From Lama glama (Eukaryota), in assembly GCA_028534125.1 (NCBI GenBank), contig CM052818.1, forward strand, positions 17,300,001 through 17,364,000: 64,000 bases of DNA, read 5' to 3'. The notes under the pieces were generated by a model. The model ran no database searches. It saw only the letters and a program-made list of their open reading frames with translations, and was not told where the DNA came from. Both the position numbers and the translations under genes were made by a program. Each line of letters starts with the position of its first letter. Within the stretch, counting starts at the first letter, position 1. Positions 13,601 through 22,928 of this stretch are shown piece after piece.

Positions 13601-15204
13601 TTCAAAGCATATACTACTCATTTTGAAATATGTATTTGAAGAGCTTTGAACTATATGGAATGATCATTCAATTTGAATTGAGCTACTGGAAGTTTTTCCG
13701 ACACCTATAGCCAAGTCTCTCATCCATCCCAGAACAAGTATATTACATTATAAGTTCTGCTATAGTGATATTATTTGAATGGTTATAGTTAAAATGGTGC
13801 CAGCATTTCCATTATAAAACCCTATTTTCAAGGATTTATAAGTTGGCTATAAATGTTTGCTCTGCAATTCAACTTGGCAGCAAGCATCTTTGCTTGGTGG
13901 TATTTTTTTTTTTCCTTTCACATAGTACGGGAGAGAAAGACATCTGTTTATAACATGAGTAGGAAAATATGACAGTGAATTCCCTTATTCTTCATAACTA
14001 ATTTATCATTCGAATAGAATTTCAGCCAAAGTTTCTTACATATTTTAGGCAATGAAAGAGCTAACCAAAAGTCTGCAAGGATACTTTGAAGGGAATGTGT
14101 TTCCTTTGTTGGTTTGGATTATTTTAAACTCCTAAACATGGTGATAGGCTTAACCAGTAATTTGGATATTTCATTCATTCAGCATGATGATAATATGAAT
14201 ATACTCTTCCATGTCCTGGACATTTTTTTTCAGTTATTTGTGATAGTCTATAGTTTAGAAAGTAGCAAATAACTGGCGGAGTTCAGAAAATTTTCCAGCA
14301 ATTTGGCAGAAAAATGAGTGGGGTGCTAAGAGGGGTAGGAAGGAGAGAAGGTCATTTTTACAGAGGGACTAGCATGGGCAATGGTAAGGAAGTGACAAAA
14401 TGCAGTGTGTTTAGGGACGAGAGAAGTTCACGAGGCTGGAGTGTAGGATGTTTGTGGCGGACGTGGCAGAAGTTGAGATAAAGATGAGACTCGAGAGAGG
14501 CAGGTTAGAGGCAAATTTTGAAGGACTTAATATGCTGTGCTGAATGAAGCTCTTTGACCCACTTGGAAAACCAATCTTTGTAGTGGGATAGTCACACTAA
14601 CTGACCCATAGTACTGACATCAAAATACCACTCTGACAAAATGTGTAATCTAATATATTTGTCCTGAATTGGACGGGGATTAAATTATAGATCCCGGGTA
14701 AACCTATTTAGAGATTCGATTCAAATTGCTTGATTAAATTCCTTTCAGTGAATTCAAATGGCAGCATATGCTCCAGTGTATATGTTCATAAAGATATCGA
14801 ACTGGTTTATGCTCCAAGTGCTCGGGCATTCAGGAAATTGAACTCACGGTATGGGCATGAAGTCTGGTTCTGGATTTGAATAACTGTATTTACTAGGGAA
14901 TTTGCAAATTATGTCTCAGTTTTTATATCACCTTACTTGCTTACTTGCCTTATAGCAGTCCTTCCAACTCCAGTTCCATTCTCAGCAATCCTATGTTTCT
15001 CTCTTCTGCAGTGGTGTGTACATATGATACACTGTGCTGGTGGGTGCAGGCAGACAGATCCCAGCTTGTCAGTTTTTGTCATTGGTCTTTCCCGTAGCTG
15101 ATGCTGGTCAGACTGAAGACCTGAGAAGCCAGGACCTGAAAGGGACTTCTTTTCTTTTTTCTCTTCTTCTCTTTTTTCCCATCACCACACTCCTTTCCTT
15201 CCTT

Positions 15205-15274
15205 CCTTTCCTTTCCTTTCCTTTCCTTTCCTTTCCTTTCCTTTCCTTTCCTTTCCTTTCCTTTCCTTTCCTTT
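15205..15274. repeat. (CCTTT)~14 pentanucleotide microsatellite within a longer polypyrimidine tract (about 15147-15282)
   Basis: Read directly. Confidence 0.97.
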
Positions 15275-15752
15275 TCTTTTTTAATGATGCCTGACAATTT
15301 GAACGCAATAACCAGTATAAGGTTTTAAAATGGAAACAAGCATTCTCACCTGTGTAAGGCTACATGGCTAATAAGTTTAAGGAAAGTCAGAATTGAACCC
15401 CAATGTGTAGTGCACTCAGTCCTGTAGGAACTAAGTCCTGTCTCTAGCCATTGGCCAGGCTAACTGAAGAGTTCAATTTAAAAGACAGTAAGGAAAAAAA
15501 GATAGTTTTTTCTAAGTGGAATAAAGGGAATTTACAGTTACATGGTATGAAATGAGAACCTGTAGGTTTACATGATACACATCTTGAAGTCTTTAAAGAA
15601 TGCTTTAAAGAAGAGATCTGGGAACAGCACTAGTGTCTATGTTTAGAGTACACAGCCCAGGAGATGGAGTTACTGCTAAGGAGCTTGATTAGAAAACTCT
15701 CTCTGTGTTGGTCAATAACATCTGTGTTCAAGGCTTTGGCATTCAGGCAGAG

Positions 15753-15929
15753 CAGTGGTTCTGAAAATCTGGTTTCCATGGGCCAGCAGTATGAGCGTTA
15801 CCTGGGACCCTGTTAAAAATGCAAATTGTCAGGCCTCTCTACAGAGCAAGAGAATTAAAAGCAAAGCAGTCTAGGGTTTAATAAGCTGTTGTAGTGATTC
15901 TCAGGCACGCTAAAGTTTGAGCACCCCAG
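15753..15929 (+). mobile_element. MER5A (hAT-Charlie MITE)
   Basis: cagtggttctgaaa...ccagcagtatgagcgttacctggga...aatgcaaatt...gcacgctaaagtttgagcacc. Confidence 0.8.
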
Positions 15930-16089
15930 ATTTAGAGAAACAGAGACTGAACTAAGAAATGACTGGGGAGGTGGCTGAACTTGACTGAGTGGGAAGAGTT
16001 TGAAATAGGGCTAAATTAAAAAGGACATTCCAGCTCGTTACCATTATGTCTTTAGCAGCTATTTAAAATATGTACACACGAATAAATGA

Positions 16090-16260
16090 CGATAACTTAC
16101 ATTTAGTGCTTAATATATTTCAAAGGCTGTTCCAATGCCATTACGCAGTGTTATAATCATTTTACAGAAGAGGAAACTGGGGCAAGGGTCCATAACACCC
16201 AGTGTCACATGGATAATAATGATGGAGTCAGGTTCAGACTTACAGCTGGCATTCAAGATA
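16090..16260 (-). mobile_element. MIR
   Basis: cattttacagaagaggaaactggggc...gtcacatggataat...ggagtcagg. Confidence 0.65.
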
Positions 16261-19074
16261 CGTTATGAACACGTTCACATCAAAGGGCAGGAACCTAGGG
16301 AGAGTTTGTCGGCAACACAAGTTCCTTTGAATAACTATACAAATGATATAAGATAACGGTGATCAAAAGATAGCATATGATTGGTTGGTGCCAAAGCAAT
16401 GCCCACAACACTTAAAGATGCAGTTAATAATGAAATTTCTATGACCCTGCCTTGGTGCTTAGGGAACAAATTTTATGTTGGATGTCATAACTGAAATTTC
16501 TATTTAAACTTAAGTGAGGCAAGAGAAAAGAGAGAGAGCATGCAACAACTTCAGTCCTAAACACAACTAGCCATGACTGAATAAATCTCTGTGTGTTTCA
16601 CAAATCAAACCAAAGGCTTTAGTGTATTTTGAGTGAACAGAGTTTCACGGTGGCTCATGTAGGGTTCCCACGAGTTCCCCTCATTTGTTATGTCAATGTG
16701 GAGGTTCTGAATTCCCCAGTCTACATCTATGACTGTGTCATGGGTGGTGGGAGATGAAAGTGCAGTTCTTGGTAAGTAAACACTTTATAAATATATCTGG
16801 CTTTTTGGTAACGTTATTACTTCTGTGGTCCTCAAGTTTATCATCTGAAGAGCTTGCATACAAAATCTCCAAAGATGCTTTAACTCGCTGGCATCTTTCC
16901 TTCCTTCCTTCCTTCCTTCCCTTCTCTCAGTGTTCTTACTCATCTGATCTATTCTGATCTTTTCTCAGAACACCTTTAGGGACCGGCAATAACCCGGAAA
17001 GGTAGAAGCATCAGAGGTTTGTCTTTACAGCTTCACAGACGCATCCTCTCCTGAGTCTCTCCCTCTTTACTCTCCCTCAGCCCCAGTTCAGAGATGCAGG
17101 TAGATGGACATGTGGGGTCGTTTTTGCCTTTCCTTTGTGCTGACAGCAGCAGCAATGCAAAACGCAAGACTGACACTCTCCTCATTTTTAATTTTTAAAA
17201 GATTGGTGCTGCCTGTGGGTTTTAATATACTTCCTTTCTGCTGTTTTTAGTGTCTACTTTTCTATTTAAAAAGCTTACTACTGAGCAGTAACAATTTCCA
17301 ATTAAGTCTTAAGAGAAATACAGAAAGGTTGAAAGTGTCTGCTTGACAGCCATCCTGTTTCTTGAAACAGAAAGGTGGATTTTACAAATTTGAAAACATA
17401 ATTTGAAATGACCCGTCCTTTTCCATTTCTGTGCAACCTCCCCCTTCTACTCACTCTCCTGTTCTCTCTCCTTCCGTTTCCTTTGTTTTGTCCTCTCAGC
17501 TTTCCACCCCGTCTCCCATTCCTTAACACTGTGGTCTGATATAGGCTACCTTCTTGTTCATTATAAATCATCAGCTATGAGTGAGTCTAGAACAGCTCCC
17601 CCTGCACAGCTGTTAGATTCTCTTGGTAGATCTGGCACAAACACACACACCCCCCACCATTGTCAGAGGCAGGTGAGCGTGAACCACTCTTCCAAGCTTT
17701 CCCATGGGTCAGCGTGGGTGTAAGATGCACACCAAATTTGCTATAGAAACAGACATTTATTAATAAGTAGGTATGACATCTTACAGCCTGTTCTGGAAGC
17801 TGGATGAAGTCCCAGCTGGTGTTGCATTTAGGTACCTGAAAAAAGTCTTGGAAATTAGTTTTCTTGAACAAATACAGCAGTATTTCAGTGGCAGCATCCA
17901 GATCATCATCTGTCAGGATTAGATGACTGAGGTTTGTTAGGGATCAGAGAGAGCACCCACTTCCTATGGTTTCGTGATGACTAAATGAGCTAATACATTT
18001 ATGCTTCTCAGAGGTGTGCCTGTTACAACTGTTTCAGTTCTTATTATTACTTATATTATGGTACCATTCATTACGGTAAAGAGTGAAAGGCCTCTTGGAT
18101 TCACATACTCTATTCAAACAGAAGCAGAGCGTGTTTATCAAAAAATTTGGCCAATCCACCTATCCTGAATGTTAATGGTTTCACCAAAGAGAACCCATTC
18201 CTAACCTCCATGAACCAGTTGACAAGCCATTTATGTCCCCAATGAGAGCCTGTTTCCAACATACATTGTAATTAATGAGTAAAGCCACAACATGATTAAA
18301 GACCACGATAGCACAAGAATTCTAGAAGCTACCCCTGACTTCTGTAATTCTGCCTGAGATGTTGGCGTATCCATTCCCAATGAAGGCAACTGCTTCTCCT
18401 GAGACACAGAACGACACTAACACACACTGTTATTACATTGTCCATGGTGAAATATCTAACAGTAAATTATAGGTAGTTGAGCACCATGTCTCCTCCAGCC
18501 AATTTTTTACTCACCTATGAGTAATTTGTCAGTTTCCTTTAGATAATGCACTTCCAACCACGAGGCCTGACCTGCCGAAGAGACACAAAGAGTAAGCACA
18601 GGCTTTATTTGCTTCATCCAGATTGGGCATGAGTTTGCTCACAAGACTTTTCTCCACTCTCTAGACAGAGAACTGCTCCTTGTTGCACCAAATTGCAACC
18701 ATTTATGACAACAATTGCAGCATCGATATTGCCGAATCCACCCTAGAATCTCCTACGTATTGCACAGGTGCCCTAGACATCTGCCTGGAAACACTGGAGC
18801 TACCGTTTCTTCTTTCCAGGCAGCCATAAATATGTGCTCTTTAGCCCTTGAGACTCCAGTAAAACTGAGATTTCTGGCCTATCCTTTCCCTAACCCAGCC
18901 TTCACCTCCCAAAGCCTGAGACAATATAAGACAGTCAGGGGAGCTTTTTCTTCATTGAATGCTCTTGGGAAGATTCATCAGAATCTTCTACACTTAATCT
19001 ATTCCTATGGCTTTAATTTATACAAATCACTCCACAAAGCCCCAGCCCCATCCTTCCCTACTGACTCAAGAAAG

Positions 19075-19692
19075 GAACAAATCCTTGTTATTCATGGATA
19101 TGACTGCACCTCCTCCCTGAAATCTGTAACCCTCAAATCAACACCCATGGCACTAAGGTGGTCATTAACAGACACACAGTGGAGTGGGAAAACCTTGGTG
19201 TCCCCAACACCCATGTTCCCAGCTGAGGTCAAACAAGGCAATGCTCCACCTTCAGCTCATACTGTTCACAAGTGCCCTCTGTGTGGTCTATGCAGTGCTA
19301 TATTTTTCAAATTTTTTGTGCTTTTTCTTGGTGATTTTGCTATTTAAAATGGCCCCCAAACATAATACCAAAGTGCTGTTTCATGTTCCCAAGGACAAGA
19401 AGGCCATGGTATACCTTAAGGAGAAACTAATTATAATGGATAAGCTTTATTCAGGCTTAAGTTGTAGCGATGTTGGCCATGAGTTCGATATTAATGAATC
19501 AACAATGTATATTTAATAAGATGTCTTTAAACTGAAAACACATAAAATAAGGTGGTATACCCATCTGTTGATAAAAATGTGACTGGAGGCTTGCAGGAAC
19601 CTAACCATAGGAGAAATGGCCCAACATTTCCTAATTCAGTGTTCGCAGTGACTCTGCAGACCGTAACTACTGCAGATGATGACGACTGGCTG
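19075..19692 (+). mobile_element. MER82 (TcMar-Tigger non-autonomous DNA transposon), near full length
   Basis: gttcccagctgaggtcaaacaaggc, tttaaaatggcccccaa, aatgaatcaacaat, gcaggaacctaacc and ctaattcagtgttcgc match MER82; ends ...ctg followed by TA; retains a transposase N-terminal remnant (MAPK...) at 19349-19516. Confidence 0.85.
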
Positions 19693-22660
19693 TATGCATT
19701 AAGAAACTAACTTACATTTCACAAAGGTCAGGCACTAGAGAGAGTACAAATGAAGATTTGACCCCTCTCCCCTTTAGGATCTGCCATCTAGTTAGGGAGG
19801 AAAGGACCAATCATCACCACAGATGAGGGTTTCAGAGAACAAGGCAATGCTCTCCCTTCCTATAGATGTAAGGGAACCAAATACAGATATAACCAAATAT
19901 AGATGGAAGAGAACCAAAACGGCTGATCAGCTCAAATATGTTAGACCCATCTGGAAGGAGAGACACATTGCCTTCATTGTGGGAAGTGTGTGATATATTG
20001 TAAAGCACTCTCACAGTAAATATTGCATTATATCCTTCCTGACCTGTGAGATTGTTAGGAAAAATAGGAACATGACTATTTTATAAAGGAAGCCACGGAG
20101 CCTGGTAGAGAGGCTAAGTAACTAATGTGGCATAACCAGTAGATGGCAGTGCCAAGAATGCAGCACCGATTGCCCTGCTTCCTAATCCACTTCTCTTTCC
20201 TTTTGAAGCTTACTGGCTGTTTTAAAAATGAATACTCACAATCTTTGACTAATGAATTAAATTACACCTGCTTAAAAAATAACAAAATGAAGAGGGAATG
20301 GCCGGAGGAGAAGGGTGGGAACAGGGCATGGTGGAAAATGCTAGATTTGGGTCCTGTTGGTCTTGGAGCAGCTGTAGGAGGTTGGGAGATATGGCACATT
20401 TAAGTAGATAAAAGCTGTTTCCGTTAGTGAACTACTGAAGTATTATCTTTTTAGTAGAATCATGTAAACTTTTGACAAAATGTGAGGCATTGGATTGCTA
20501 CACATTTGATTTGGTGGCCCCTGGATACTGGTAACCATCAGAGTCCTAGGGTTGACTCTTTGAATGAACTAGGGAACAATACATAAGTCAAAATGACCAC
20601 TTGGGTGAGTGGGTGATTTGAACAAATCCTCCTAGAGTTATGTTTTTTTTTCTCAGTATATAACTTTCTATTTGTTGATATAAGGAATTATATAGACAGT
20701 GAGGAGCCTGTGAGAAATAGTGCTTATTCAGATTTGGTTTCCTATGTCTTTACATAGGAATGAAAAAAAATGTCCAGCCACTAGACATGTCATAGTTGTT
20801 ATTATCTTTTAGAAACCAGGAACTGTTTCAGTCATAGTCTTAAATCCTATCTGCTACCCTCCAGTTACTGTGGTCCTCTACTAAGTCCATTCACTGTGCT
20901 GGATTTTTACTCTTAGGTGCCTCTTGGCTTTGCTGGTCTTCCAGGACATATGGCTTTCAGTTAAAGATTCTGCATTTAACCAGTAGACTGTAAGCGTCCT
21001 CTCTTCCTTGGGGGCGCTGGATTTAGCAATTTTTATTTCTTGATGCTATTTTCCTTATGAAACATGATGAGAGAACGGCAGAACTCCACCCTTAATAAGA
21101 GATCATCATAGCTGGGCTTCTGTAGCGATCTTGAGGGTTCTTAAATATCCCTAAAATGTTTGACCAAAACACAAGCTGTCGCATTCAGACTGTCTCTCTC
21201 TTTGGGCATCTTCTTTCTCACCTGTCTCTTTTCTCTCTTTTAGTCTCCCTTTTTCTGTCTCTTTCTCAGCTGCCAGATTCTCTCATTCTTTTTTCCTCCT
21301 TGTGTATTTTGGTTCCCTGCATTTCCACTGCCTTCTGAGATATGATATTGTAGTGGGAAGGAGGACTCCTTGTTATGAGTAATATGTGTAATTAACAGAT
21401 CATCAGAACCGATGCTTGAGTAGATGGTGTCAAACCATATTTGGCAGATTGGGTTTGAACACCTAGCAGAACAAGTTTGGTCCAATAAAAAGAGCCGACT
21501 TCTTTCCCTTTTAAGAGCTCTCAAGACACTGGTTACATCTAAACCATAGGGGTAGGGGAAAGGTGCCATTTGGCGTTGTAATTCAGACGGAGGGATCACC
21601 TGGCGGAGGAGGGAGAGTTGCTTTTTAGGTGTTCCCTGCATCGCCGTACACGTGTCCTTTTGATGTGTGGAGAATGCACGAGAGAGGCAAAGCAGGGCGA
21701 TTTTTGTGGGAAGCTAGACCAGCCTCCCTCGTTACATAGGCTCGTCCTCTGCATTGCATCCGAGCTTCAGTGATTTGCTGTTTGGAGACTGCAGATTTGC
21801 ATAGAGCCCCTCGCTTCGCCAGCGTGTGTGGTTTTTCTTTTCTTTTCTTTTCTCTCCCTCTCTTTTTTCTTTTGCTTTTCTTTTCCCCTTCCACTCCTTT
21901 GTCTGCCTTTTCTTTTCCCTAGCTCTCTTCCCCTGTTCAATCCCCGCTTCCTTCATAAGGGTGCACTCTTTCCTCTGAACCCCTCGCCGGGCGTAAGTGT
22001 CAGGAGGCGGCGGACGCGGAGATTGCCTCGGGAGCAGGCGATGCGCGCCGCTGCTCCGCGCGCTGCCTGGGGGAGGCTGGCGCGAGCAGGCGAGCCGGCC
22101 CGGGCTGAATGGAGGGAAGGGGCGCCTCAAGTCCATGGGGTCTGCTTCTCCCTTGAAAGGAGGTTGGGCCGGCGAAGTGGCCTCCCCAGTCCCCACACAC
22201 AATGCTAAATGGATTTACCTAGTGGATTCGCGGTGGATGGCTGTCATGTAGAAGTGAGGACCCTCCGGGAGGAGCTTTAAACATTTTCCCCGCTCCCCAC
22301 CCCCCGGCACGCACTCTCGCCCGAAACTCTTTGGGAGTATCTCTCGAGAACCTGGAGCCCTGGAAATCTGGGAGCAGCCGCCCGCTCCGCGCTTGCTGTT
22401 CCCCGGGGCTGCCTTTCTGGACAAGCCCCCATCAGCTGCATTCGCCTCGGCTATGTTTCGGATTCTTTGGGGTGCAAGGCACGGCGGACTCCAGGACCCC
22501 GAGAAGACTGTCCGAAGGAGAGAGAGAATGGGTGCCCTGGCGCGGTGAGGCGGCCAGCCCCGCAGCCCACCCTGAGCTGCCCGCTCCCCGGCGCCCTCTC
22601 CGCTCCCTGCGCCCCAAACTTTGCCTCCCGCGGCGGCTGCCCCTCGGCGGGCGCCCCGCC

Positions 22661-22707
22661 ATGTACCAGAGGATGCTCCGGTGCGGCGCTGAGCTGGGCT
22701 CGCCTGG

Positions 22708-22738
<31 letters not shown>

Positions 22739-22922
22739 GGCGCAGGGGGGCGCCTGGCCCTGCTCTGGATAGTCCCGCTCACCCTCAGCGGCCTCCTAGG
22801 AGTGGCATGGGGGGCGTCCAGTCTGGGAGCGCACCACATCCACCATTTCCATGGCAGCAGCAAGCATCATTCAGTGCCTATTGCAATCTACAGGTCACCG
22901 GCATCCTTGCGAGGCGGACACG
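22661..22922 (+). CDS. NRXN1: Neurexin-1-beta specific first coding exon (long signal peptide with poly-Gly, His-rich N-terminus); partial CDS ending in phase 1
   Basis: Translates [87 protein letters not shown], the recognisable NRXN1-beta N-terminus. Kozak context gccATG. Similarity ends at the donor CACG|GTGGGT (22922/22923), where the known protein continues A-GTTYIF from the next shared exon. Confidence 0.98.
22709..22735 (+). repeat. (GGC)9 coding trinucleotide repeat (poly-Gly)
   Basis: GGG(GGC)9 AGC GGC read directly, encoding G10-S-G. Confidence 0.97.
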
Positions 22923-22928
22923 GTGGGT
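22920..22928 (+). other. NRXN1: 5' splice donor of NRXN1-beta exon 1
   Basis: ACG|GTGGGT exactly where protein similarity stops. Confidence 0.92.

Noticed and set aside
15034..15308. KERKG / FPFLS repeat ORFs
   Set aside because: Translations of the CCTTT microsatellite.
18715..19347. 210-aa ORF
   Set aside because: Non-ATG start, no recognisable protein similarity, and it runs into MER82.
22432..22863. Antisense poly-Pro ORF and the alternative-frame poly-Ala ORF (22467-22772)
   Set aside because: Shadows of the GGC repeat and GC-rich exon; the poly-Ala frame has no ATG.
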